Of a stretch of 24,000 nt of DNA, positions 1 through 7,489 are shown in pieces. Position numbers and translations under genes: made by a program. How positions within the stretch are numbered: position 1 is the first letter of the stretch; each line of letters opens with the position of its first letter. A model generated the notes under the pieces. It worked only from the letters and a program-made list of their open reading frames with translations. It did not search any database and was not told where the DNA came from. The stretch is from Methanocella paludicola SANAE (lineage in GTDB: Archaea; Halobacteriota; Methanocellia; Methanocellales; Methanocellaceae). The DNA is taken from the NCBI RefSeq assembly GCF_000011005.1, contig NC_013665.1, forward strand, positions 1,265,437 through 1,289,436, written 5' to 3'.

Positions 1-758
1 CACTGGCGGACTCCACAATCCATGGCAGGGTCTACGACTGGTCCACTTTTAAGCCCATCGACGTGGCGGTCGTCGAAATAAACACGACTCCGGTGCAGAA
101 GGTAGTGACGACGGACGGGAATTATTCCTTCAGTATGGCCGGAGGCGAATACGCCATCATCGCCGAGGCCCGGACCTCGACGGGCCCGCTGTCCGCCCGT
201 GAGAACATAACGGTCCCCGGCAGTGGGGATTTCGTGATAGACCTTCTGCTCTTCCCGGCAGATGACCTGGCGATACTCAAAGATCTAAATGAGAGCCTGC
301 CTGTGACCGCGGATGGGGGGACGACAGAAAACCAGGGCTGGTTATTACCGTTCATTGTCGTACTGGCCACCGCTATCCTGCTTGCTGCAGGCGGCATATA
401 CCTGCTTATGAAAAAAAGGCGTCCCATAAAACCAGAGCCACAGCAGGAGTCGGTGCCGGCTGCCCCTGACGCAACGCCTGCCCCGGTATCGATGGACGCG
501 ACCGGTCGCGTGCTCAGGCAGGATTGCAAAGACGTCCTGTCGGCCATCGCGAAGAACGGCGGCCGCATGACGCAGCTCGAGCTGAGGAAGGCGCTGCCCT
601 ACTCGGAGGTTAAGATCAGCCTGATCGCTTCGGAACTCGAGGATGCGGGGCTGCTCAGGAAGGTCAAAAAGGGCCGGGGAAACATACTTATCCTGACGCA
701 AACGGGCCCGACTAAGGCGGATGAGTCAACGGCGGAAAATAAGGAAAAACAAGATTAA
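1..758 (+). CDS. Membrane-tethered winged-helix DNA-binding protein, 5'-truncated by the window edge. Architecture: CarboxypepD_reg-like ectodomain, one TM helix, cytoplasmic wHTH.
   Basis: The reading frame is open from nt 3 with no stop before the listed GTG at 63, so the gene starts upstream of the window. 'HGRVYDWSTFKPIDVAVVEINTT..TTDGNYSFSMAGGEYAIIA' fits the G-x-V..DG-x-Y-x-F..G-x-Y pattern of carboxypeptidase-regulatory-like beta-sandwiches. There is one hydrophobic helix, 'WLLPFIVVLATAILLAAGGIYLLM', followed by KKRR. The C-terminal 'VLSAIAKNGGRMTQLELRKALPYSEVKISLIASELEDAGLLRKVKKGRGNILILT' reads as a MarR/TrmB-like wHTH. Confidence 0.6.
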   Translation, partial: LADSTIHGRVYDWSTFKPIDVAVVEINTTPVQKVVTTDGNYSFSMAGGEYAIIAEARTSTGPLSARENITVPGSGDFVIDLLLFPADDLAILKDLNESLPVTADGGTTENQGWLLPFIVVLATAILLAAGGIYLLMKKRRPIKPEPQQESVPAAPDATPAPVSMDATGRVLRQDCKDVLSAIAKNGGRMTQLELRKALPYSEVKISLIASELEDAGLLRKVKKGRGNILILTQTGPTKADESTAENKEKQD

Positions 759-926
759 TTATTACTTTTAATTCCAAATTTAATTTTTAAATAATAAACC
801 GAACTATTTTATACCGTTTTTTAATCTACTAATTCCAAGTATGCTTATCTATTCTATAGGGAACATATGATTGTCGGCGAACATGCGGCCGATCAAGAGT
901 CTATTAACAAGAAAATGGAAGTGGAT

Positions 927-1724
927 ATGATGAGAAAGATCACATCACTAACGGTCGCCTTTCTGATACTCGCGGCCATGGCCCCGGTATCGCTGGCGCA
1001 GCAGGACGATATTACTCCGTATAACGGGTGGGCGGGAGCGGACTCGCCTTTCTATGGCCTCAAGCTCTTCATAGAAAACATCGACGAGTCGCTCGCTGGC
1101 AACTCAACCATGAAGCTGGAAAAGCAGATGCTCCACGCGGAGGAGCGGCTATGTGAAGCTCAGGGAATGGCCCTGCGTAATAATACCCGTGCCATGGAGG
1201 CGGCCATTAACGGATATTCCCAGAAGCTGGGAGAGATTAATGCAACGATGAACCGGCCGGACGTGGACGAAGGCCAGTACGCTAACGTGGGCAAGTGGCT
1301 TAACCGGCATCAGAACCAGTTCGCCTACATGGTCAATGACACGACCTGCACGCCCGAGGCGAGGAACTGCTGGAACAACGCCTTCCAGTACAGTATGGGT
1401 TTCCAGAACGGCAGGCCATTTACAAATGATAACGGCAACATAATCTTCACGCCTCCGGGGCAGGCGAAGAATGGCGTGGACAGCACCTTCGTGCCGCCCG
1501 GCATACAGAACAAGGGCACATCGACTCCGGCCGGTAACGGCAACCAGCAGCAGGGGGCCGGGCAGCCTATCGAGCACAACTACAGCTACGATTACAGCTA
1601 CAATAACAGCCTCGACTACGGCCTGAATTGCACTGGCAACTGCACGGACAACAATTACAGCAACAATTATAACGAGACGAACCTGTCGCCCGGGCCTCAC
1701 CAGGGATCTAACGGCAAAAAATAG
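927..1724 (+). CDS. Secreted protein with an N/Y-rich, sequon-dense C-terminus (possibly DUF5667-like)
   Basis: The ORF is 867..1724. A signal-peptide-like segment 'MMRKITSLTVAFLILAAMAPVSLAQQ' begins at the internal ATG 927, which I prefer as the start. 'DSPFYGLKLFIENIDE' resembles the motif I associate with DUF5667-type proteins; this is unverified. The C-terminal third is low-complexity N/Y/G/Q with many N-x-S/T sequons. Confidence 0.6.
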   Translation: MMRKITSLTVAFLILAAMAPVSLAQQDDITPYNGWAGADSPFYGLKLFIENIDESLAGNSTMKLEKQMLHAEERLCEAQGMALRNNTRAMEAAINGYSQKLGEINATMNRPDVDEGQYANVGKWLNRHQNQFAYMVNDTTCTPEARNCWNNAFQYSMGFQNGRPFTNDNGNIIFTPPGQAKNGVDSTFVPPGIQNKGTSTPAGNGNQQQGAGQPIEHNYSYDYSYNNSLDYGLNCTGNCTDNNYSNNYNETNLSPGPHQGSNGKK

Positions 1725-1727
1725 ATA

Positions 1728-1753
1728 GCGAGGGGCATCCCTCGCCTTTTTTT
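1728..1753. terminator. Hairpin plus T-tract between convergent genes (bidirectional terminator candidate)
   Basis: The stem gcgaggg (1728-1734) pairs with ccctcgc (1739-1745) around the loop gcat, followed by T7 (1747-1753). On the opposite strand the run a1715-a1720 gives a T6 tract after the same hairpin. It sits 4 nt after the stop of 867..1724 and just before the stop of 1755..2726. Confidence 0.5.
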
Positions 1754-1754
1754 A

Positions 1755-2726
1755 TTAGATCCGGCTTCTGCTGTCGCCTGAACTTTTCTTATTCAAGAGA
1801 TAAGCATTCGAGAAGTAAGAGACCATGGCTATGAAAAGGGCCGCTCCTATGGTAAGCCCTACGGCATCGCCCCAGTTTCCAAGTTTCACGCCTGAGGTGA
1901 CGATATCTATGGGAGCGCTCAGCATGACCAGCGGCGCCGTGCCGGCAGCCGGCTTCCCAAAAGCCACGAGTGCCAGCACTATAAAATCCTCGAATGCGTG
2001 GAACGCAACGCTTGCCCACAGGGATTTTGTAGCATAGAACAGGTATCCCAGGATCAGGGCTATGGGGAAGATGCTAAGGAAATACAGCGGCTCGACGCTC
2101 CCCGTAATGAATTTCGGTAACACGTGGACGGCCACGAAGAATATCGATGCAATAGGAAGCGCCCACAGGATACCGTACTTTTTCGTCAGCATGTTCTGCA
2201 CATAGCCACGGAATAGTATCTCCTCGCCGAATCCGATGGCGAGAGTACCTATGGCCATCAGGACGAAAGATAATGCGATCGCTGTAAGGCTAAATGAAGT
2301 GATGCCGAACGCCTCGAACGAGACGGCGCCGATGAGCAAAAGTATCCCAAATAGCGGGATGGTCAAGAACAAATTAAATCCCAGCCCGGAGAGAATCTGC
2401 TTCGGAGTTTCCCGTCGGATATCCAGCCCGAACTCCTTCCACGAGAATTTTATCTTATCGACCTTCGTAAGAAACAGCCAGGAGACGAAGATGAACGCCG
2501 CGTTCTGCAGCAGAAGGATGGCGAACGTTACCCAAATATTACCCAGGGCAGCGGCGATGGCGATGGCTGCCTGCTGCGAGTCCTGTATGGCCGCATGATA
2601 GTAAACATTGATACCGATGATCACGGCGGCGTTCGTGGCAAAAGCAGCTATCATTATGATAACAAATAAAATGACGAGCTTCAAACCTGTCATAAATTTT
2701 TCATTTTTTGCTATCGGTGAGGCCAT
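1755..2726 (-). CDS. CPBP family (CAAX/Abi-type) glutamic intramembrane protease
   Basis: The protein is polytopic and hydrophobic. It carries the CPBP signature motifs 'GFGEEILFRGYVQN' (EExxxR), 'FFVAVHV' (FxxxH) and 'SVAFHAFEDF' (HxxxD/N-like). Confidence 0.85.
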   Translation of the reverse strand: MASPIAKNEKFMTGLKLVILFVIIMIAAFATNAAVIIGINVYYHAAIQDSQQAAIAIAAALGNIWVTFAILLLQNAAFIFVSWLFLTKVDKIKFSWKEFGLDIRRETPKQILSGLGFNLFLTIPLFGILLLIGAVSFEAFGITSFSLTAIALSFVLMAIGTLAIGFGEEILFRGYVQNMLTKKYGILWALPIASIFFVAVHVLPKFITGSVEPLYFLSIFPIALILGYLFYATKSLWASVAFHAFEDFIVLALVAFGKPAAGTAPLVMLSAPIDIVTSGVKLGNWGDAVGLTIGAALFIAMVSYFSNAYLLNKKSSGDSRSRI

Positions 2727-2887
2727 AAGGAATATACCGGTAGGCCTATTGGGCGAAATAGTATTAAAATATGACTCCTGAGAAATGGGGTCGAGTTTTA
2801 TTGTCCAGACAAAAATGGCCTGTGATTAATTATTAAACAATGTTAAATATAAAAATTGTAATATGTTTAACCATGATAATGAGAAGG

Positions 2888-4279
2888 ATGAAAGCCGAGG
2901 GTTTAGCCCATAACACTTATTTTATCAGTTCCGGCGGCGAGGCCGTCGTCATAGACCCCCGCCGGGAGGCCGGCGATATCGAAAACTGCATGGACCTTGC
3001 CCGGGGCAGGTGCACAAAAATAAAGTATATACTGGAGACTCACCGGAACGAGGATTTCACCATAGGCTCGGTAGACCTGAAGAAGCGTACCGGCGCTAAG
3101 ATCGGCCACAGCGCCAACACGCCGTTCACTTATGGTGATATAGCGCTCAAGGAAGGCGATAGCCTGCCATTCGGGGATATGATGCTTAATGTGCTTGAGA
3201 CACCGGGCCATACCTGCGACAGCCTGACCTACGTGCTCCATGCAAGCGATGGCATCCCCCTGGCAGCTTTCACCGGCGACGCCCTTTTCATAGGCAGCAC
3301 CGGCCGGATCGATCTGCCGGGCAAAGACGTGGAAGAAAAGAACGCAAGGGCGCTCTACCATTCGATCCATGATAAGATACTGCCCTCAGGTGACCATGTG
3401 CTCCTGTACCCTGCGCACGGCGCCGGCTCCGTATGCGGCGTGGGCATCAGCGACCGGGACGAAAGCACGCTAGGCTATGAGCGAATGACCAACGCCCAAT
3501 TATCGATGGACGAGGATACATTCGTCAAAACGAAGCTGGAAGAAAAGTTCGTCAGGCCCACATACTTCCGGAAAATGGAGCAGTATAATCTCCACGGCCC
3601 GCCATTACTGGAAAGCCGCATGAAACCCGAAGCGCTTAGCCTCGCAGAATTTAAGGGAGCGGTGAGGGATAGGCCGATCGTAGACACCAGGACTCCTCCT
3701 GCCTTCGGGGGAGGCCATATCCCCGGATCATACAGCATCTGGCTGGAGGGTATGACCCTCTTCCCCGGATGGCTGCTCGATTATGACCGGGAGACGTTGC
3801 TGCTCACAGACCGGGATGAAGACGTTAAGACTGCCGATAAGTTTCTGGCCAGGCTGGGTTATGATAAGTGCTGCGGCTATCTCTGCGGGGGCTTCGATGT
3901 GTGGCAGAACGCCGGCATGCCCATCGAATATACGCACGACATATCGGTGGAAGAGCTTAACGGACGCCTGGCCGCGGGCGACATTACCCTCACCGATGTC
4001 CGTGAGCCCGCCGAATGGGAGCGGGGTATCGTGCCCGGAGCCGCCATGACGTTCGTGGGGCATCTGCCGCAGCGCCTCCCTGACCTGCCCAGAAATAAGC
4101 CCATTGCAACCATGTGCTCGGTAGGCCACCGGGGCAGCATTGGAGCGAGCATACTGGAAAGGGCCGGCTATACGAACGTCTATAACGTGCTCGGGGGCTT
4201 TAAGGCCTGGAAAAATAAGGGCTATGCGGTCACAACGCCGAAGGTGACGGCACCGAAGCCAGAGGAAGCTGTTACCTAA
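2888..4279 (+). CDS. MBL-fold (persulfide dioxygenase/glyoxalase II-like) protein fused to two rhodanese-homology domains (CstB-like architecture)
   Basis: MBL motifs are 'ETHRNEDF' (degenerate HxHxDH), 'ETPGHTCDS', 'FTGDALF' and 'YPAHG'. The middle rhodanese-like domain, 'IVDTRTPPAFGGGHIPGSYSI', has no catalytic Cys loop. The C-terminal rhodanese has 'TDVREPAEWERGIVPGA' and the active-site loop 'CSVGHRG' (Cys codon 4115-4117). A TATA-like 'atataaaaa' at about 2847-2855 lies inside the long ORF (2840), which favours ATG 2888 ('MKAEGLAHNTYFI') as the start. Confidence 0.85.
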   Translation: MKAEGLAHNTYFISSGGEAVVIDPRREAGDIENCMDLARGRCTKIKYILETHRNEDFTIGSVDLKKRTGAKIGHSANTPFTYGDIALKEGDSLPFGDMMLNVLETPGHTCDSLTYVLHASDGIPLAAFTGDALFIGSTGRIDLPGKDVEEKNARALYHSIHDKILPSGDHVLLYPAHGAGSVCGVGISDRDESTLGYERMTNAQLSMDEDTFVKTKLEEKFVRPTYFRKMEQYNLHGPPLLESRMKPEALSLAEFKGAVRDRPIVDTRTPPAFGGGHIPGSYSIWLEGMTLFPGWLLDYDRETLLLTDRDEDVKTADKFLARLGYDKCCGYLCGGFDVWQNAGMPIEYTHDISVEELNGRLAAGDITLTDVREPAEWERGIVPGAAMTFVGHLPQRLPDLPRNKPIATMCSVGHRGSIGASILERAGYTNVYNVLGGFKAWKNKGYAVTTPKVTAPKPEEAVT

Positions 4280-4809
4280 CGTCTTTTTATGGCATTTAAA
4301 AGGACCGCAGTCGCGATCATACAAATGCCGAAAGCGATCGCCGTGACCAGTGGGTCCTTTTTAATGACCTTATCCACAGTCAGCTTACCGTAATCCGGAC
4401 GGGCCAGACACTTATCTATGGACGGCCTGGCGAAGGCGAAGGCAAGCGAGCCCAGCAGCCCTCCCGCCATCGCTATGATGGCGTCCTTTTTTCCCTCCAT
4501 CGACGCGATGATGCCCGTGCCAGGGCAGTATCCATTTAGTGCGAACCCGGTGCCGAAGACCAGGCCTCCGACGGCCATCATGAGCACCTGCAAGGGCTTT
4601 ACCGTAAAATGCTCGATGCCCCTCCGGCTAAGCATATAAATCCCTATGGCGGCCGTGCCGATGGCGGTCATCATCATCTTCAGCAGGTCAAGGTCCGTAA
4701 AGCGAAGCATGCCAGTCAGCTTATCGTAGTCCGACGCGCCGGCGCGCTGGAGGACGGCGCCGAATAGAAAGCCTATGATAGCCGCCATCAAGCCTGTTAT
4801 GTTTTTCAT
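4276..4809 (-). CDS. YeeE/YedE family (sulfur-compound transport-like) membrane protein, C-terminal-half type
   Basis: The protein is polytopic and glycine-rich, with 'LNGYCPGTGIIA' matching the conserved Cys motif of the YeeE/YedE (PF04143-type) family. Its start overlaps the stop of the upstream half-gene by 4 nt (4806-4809). Confidence 0.8.
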   Translation of the reverse strand: MKNITGLMAAIIGFLFGAVLQRAGASDYDKLTGMLRFTDLDLLKMMMTAIGTAAIGIYMLSRRGIEHFTVKPLQVLMMAVGGLVFGTGFALNGYCPGTGIIASMEGKKDAIIAMAGGLLGSLAFAFARPSIDKCLARPDYGKLTVDKVIKKDPLVTAIAFGICMIATAVLLNAIKRR

Positions 4810-5279
4810 CTCCTATCACCGAAGACGAGTAGTGTGAGCGCACCGGCCACGAACGTGGCCAGGGAAAACAGCATGCTTCCGAGAGACATCTGCGCGTCGC
4901 CGCTCAGGATGTTACCGCTCGTGCATCCCTTACCTATGCGGGCGCCGAATAGCATTAAAAAGCCCCCTGCTAGCTGCCTTATTATACCGGCAATTGACCT
5001 GGTCCTGCCAGGGTTCCCGGCGCTCCTGCCGAACAGCCGCGACGAGACGAGCCCTCCCAGCGCCATCGCGACGACTAATATGAACTGATAGTCAACCTTA
5101 GCGTGCTCCTTTAAATACGGGTTCTTGTCGACCAGCGGCTTATCAATAGCCCTTACGCCTATGGCGCCAGCGGTCACGAATGACGTCGATACGCCCAGCG
5201 GCTTTTTGACCGCATATGATAAAATATTCAGTAAACCGATAGCCACTCCGGCGATAAACCAGTGAAGATAACGCCCCAT
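4806..5279 (-). CDS. YeeE/YedE family membrane protein, N-terminal-half type
   Basis: 'FGARIGKGCTSGNILSG' is the G-C-x-S-G motif typical of YeeE/YedE proteins. The gene has four hydrophobic segments and is translationally coupled to 4276..4809. Confidence 0.8.
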   Translation of the reverse strand: MGRYLHWFIAGVAIGLLNILSYAVKKPLGVSTSFVTAGAIGVRAIDKPLVDKNPYLKEHAKVDYQFILVVAMALGGLVSSRLFGRSAGNPGRTRSIAGIIRQLAGGFLMLFGARIGKGCTSGNILSGDAQMSLGSMLFSLATFVAGALTLLVFGDRR

Positions 5280-5290
5280 CCAACGCCCTA

Positions 5291-5464
5291 TTATAATACA
5301 ATATCGATGGATTTATACAATGCTGAAAATCCTGTCAAAAAGGGCCATATCTTTGGTTTCAAAAACATGATCGGTCTGAACTCCTTCCACGAGAATTTAA
5401 CCTTATCGGCCTTCGTCAGGAACAGCCAGGCATTTTTAGTGAACGTTAATATCCTTATACTCAT
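5291..5464 (-). pseudogene. Fragment of a CPBP-protease paralog (short relic ORF)
   Basis: Nt 5378-5430 match nt 2430-2482 (inside the CPBP gene 1755..2726) at 48 of 53 positions without gaps. The minus-strand reading gives 'WLFLTKADKVKFSWKEF', versus 'WLFLTKVDKIKFSWKEF' in the intact gene. The surrounding 57-codon ORF (ATG 5464, stop 5291) has no further CPBP motifs. Confidence 0.6.
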
Positions 5465-5535
5465 ACGATAATGAAAAGGTTAATTAATCATACGCTTAAC
5501 ATATAAATTATAATATTAGTATATAATTAATTGCG

Positions 5536-6738
5536 GTGTATACTATGAAGATCTTACCGGTATTAATGGTCGGGCTACTCATTGTCTCGGTCATGCTCAT
5601 GGGTAGCGTTACGTCGGCCGAACGCGTAAAGGCCATCGTCGTCTTCAAGGATAAGGTCCAGGATAGCGATGTAAAAGCGTTAGTGGAACAGGGCGGCATC
5701 GTTGATAAAAAGCTCGATATCATTAATGGCGTGTCCGTCGAGCTTCCGAGACAGGTGTTCGATAAGATCGATCATGCGGCTAAACACGGAGCGGAGAGTA
5801 AGGTCAAGTTCATTGAGATCGACCAGGAGGTACATATCCTCAAAGTCGACCCGTCTAAAGTAAAGCCCACGGCTACTCCGACGGCTACACCGACTCCGGC
5901 TCTTCAGGTGACCCCCTGGGGTATACAGGCTGTCAATGCCGACGATGTATCGATCGATGGCTCGGGCGTTAAGGTGGCCGTAGTAGATACCGGCATAGAT
6001 TATACGCACCCGGACCTGGCCGGTAAAGTTATCGGCGGCTGCAGTTTCGTCAGATATACCAAAAGCTACAAGGACGATAATGGTCATGGCACCCACGTTG
6101 CCGGCACCATAGCCGCGGTAAACAATAATATCGGTGTCGTAGGCGTCGCGCCCGGCGCATCGCTCCTTGCGGTGAAGGTACTGGATAGAAGCGGCTCAGG
6201 GTATTTGAGTAATGTGATCAGCGGCATACAGTGGTCCGTAACCAATGGCGCTCAGGTGATATCCATGAGCCTTGGATCAAGCTCCGATAGCCAGGCGCTC
6301 CACGATGCAGTGGATGCTGCAAATGCCGGCAGCGTCGTGGTTGTCGTAGCGGCGGGCAATGATGGTGGGGCCGTTAGTTATCCGGCGGCTTATGATTCCG
6401 TGATAGCCGTGAGCGCCGTGGATGAAAGCCTGACTAAGGCCTCCTGGAGCAATTTTGGAACGGAGGTGGACCTAGCTGCCCCCGGCGTAAACGTATACTC
6501 AACCTATAAAGGAAGCTATGCGTACTTGAGTGGAACGAGCATGGCCTGCCCGCATGTGAGCGGCGTAGTTGCGCTCGTACTTACGACCGCGCCGGGCAAA
6601 TATGATAAGACTGGCGATGGCTGGGATCCAGGCGAGGTCAAGCAAAAGCTCTATGATACGGCCCGCGACCTCGGGAGTACCGGGAAGGATAATTATTATG
6701 GGTACGGGCTGGTTGATGCCTTAAAAGCCGTAAGCTAA
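5536..6738 (+). CDS. Secreted subtilisin-like serine protease (peptidase S8) with an I9-like propeptide
   Basis: It has a signal-like N-terminus 'MKILPVLMVGLLIVSVMLMGSVTSA' and a propeptide 'KAIVVFKDKV..DVKALVEQGG'. The catalytic triad motifs are 'VAVVDTGID', 'HGTHVAGT' and 'GTSMACPHVSG'. The start is either GTG 5536 or ATG 5545. Confidence 0.9.
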   Translation: MYTMKILPVLMVGLLIVSVMLMGSVTSAERVKAIVVFKDKVQDSDVKALVEQGGIVDKKLDIINGVSVELPRQVFDKIDHAAKHGAESKVKFIEIDQEVHILKVDPSKVKPTATPTATPTPALQVTPWGIQAVNADDVSIDGSGVKVAVVDTGIDYTHPDLAGKVIGGCSFVRYTKSYKDDNGHGTHVAGTIAAVNNNIGVVGVAPGASLLAVKVLDRSGSGYLSNVISGIQWSVTNGAQVISMSLGSSSDSQALHDAVDAANAGSVVVVVAAGNDGGAVSYPAAYDSVIAVSAVDESLTKASWSNFGTEVDLAAPGVNVYSTYKGSYAYLSGTSMACPHVSGVVALVLTTAPGKYDKTGDGWDPGEVKQKLYDTARDLGSTGKDNYYGYGLVDALKAVS

Positions 6739-6765
6739 GGGGATTAAAAAAATCCCCTTTGTTTT
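6739..6765 (+). terminator. Hairpin plus T-rich tract after the S8 protease gene
   Basis: ggggatt (6739-6745) pairs with aatcccc (6751-6757) around the loop aaaaa, followed by tttgtttt (6758-6765). It lies directly after the stop at 6736-6738. Confidence 0.5.
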
Positions 6766-6969
6766 ATCATCGGCAACTAACTTTTTTATAATAACATTTT
6801 TGATTAAAGCAAAATTAGCGTATCAGGGCATATCAACGGAGATGAAGTGGGGGTTCTATATGGATCGCAAGACGGCTGTTATTATAAAGTTAGTAAAAAT
6901 TCTGAACTATCTGGTATTTCACGCGCTTAGAAATATCATCACGGTGTCAAATATCCACCTGGTGAACCT

Positions 6970-7278
6970 ATGAAGATTGGAGTACTGATCATGCTAGCTA
7001 TGGTAGCCCTATTTTTAACGGGCACTGCCACCGCGGCCACAGAACAAGTGCTGATCAGGCACTTTCAATTCCAGCCGGCCGAGATAACGATAAATAAAGG
7101 GGACACGGTCACGTGGATGCATCCGGGCCCGGTAAGCCATACCGTTAAATTCGCAGACTCCGAATCGCCGATCCTGAAGAATGGCGGTATGTACTCTAAA
7201 AAGTTCGACCAGGCGGGCACGTTCAACTATGAATGCGGGATCCACCCGTATATGAAAGGGACGGTCATCGTTAAGTAG
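6970..7278 (+). CDS. Small secreted type-1 (blue) copper protein, cupredoxin (amicyanin/plastocyanin-like)
   Basis: It has a signal peptide 'MKIGVLIMLAMVALFLTGTATA' and 'GDTVTWMHPGPVSHTV', which holds the upstream His ligand. The C-terminal ligand loop is 'YECGIHPYMKGTVIV' (C-x2-H-x2-M). A GGTGA box at 6961-6965 lies 4 nt before the ATG. Confidence 0.85.
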   Translation: MKIGVLIMLAMVALFLTGTATAATEQVLIRHFQFQPAEITINKGDTVTWMHPGPVSHTVKFADSESPILKNGGMYSKKFDQAGTFNYECGIHPYMKGTVIVK

Positions 7279-7489
7279 GTGGTAATACGCCAAAGCGCAC
7301 CGTAATTCTGGCTAACAGGGTGACAGCATCGAATACAAATGTGAAGAATAAATTGCGTTTCTTTAGCTAGCCACTTCGAAAGTCAAAAACAAAAAAGACC
7401 CTTATCTATTATGTGTTATTAACGATCTTATAAATTAACATACCACTATACCACGATACTATTCGATGTGAAAAAAGTTGATGGCCGGC

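Noticed and set aside
769-838. The 9-mer taattccaa occurs twice (769-777 and 830-838) in the spacer upstream of the secreted-protein gene, which could be an operator pair for the adjacent wHTH protein.
   Set aside because: Two 9-mers in a very AT-rich 110-bp spacer are weak evidence. There is no dyad symmetry and no third occurrence in the window. I note it only as something a footprinting or comparative alignment could revisit.
2840-2887. A longer start (ATG 2840) for the MBL-rhodanese gene.
   Set aside because: The extra 16 residues are AT-rich and hydrophobic noise and contain the likely TATA box (about 2847-2855). MBL homologs begin close to 'MKAEGLAHNTYFI'.
5262-5471. Listed 69-aa plus-strand ORF containing 'NSFHENLTLSAFVRNSQ', similar to a plus-strand ORF at 2236..2598.
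   Set aside because: Both are antisense readings of CPBP-protease coding sequence. The similarity reflects the duplicated CPBP fragment on the minus strand, not a real plus-strand gene family.
6842-6973. A 43-codon upstream ORF whose TGA overlaps the cupredoxin ATG (ATGA), suggesting translational coupling.
   Set aside because: The sequence is AT-rich with no protein-like composition ('MKWGFYMDRKTAVIIKLVKILNYLVFHALRNIITVSNIHLVNL'). There is no properly spaced SD, no paralog and no conservation evidence. An ORF of this length in AT-rich DNA can occur by chance.
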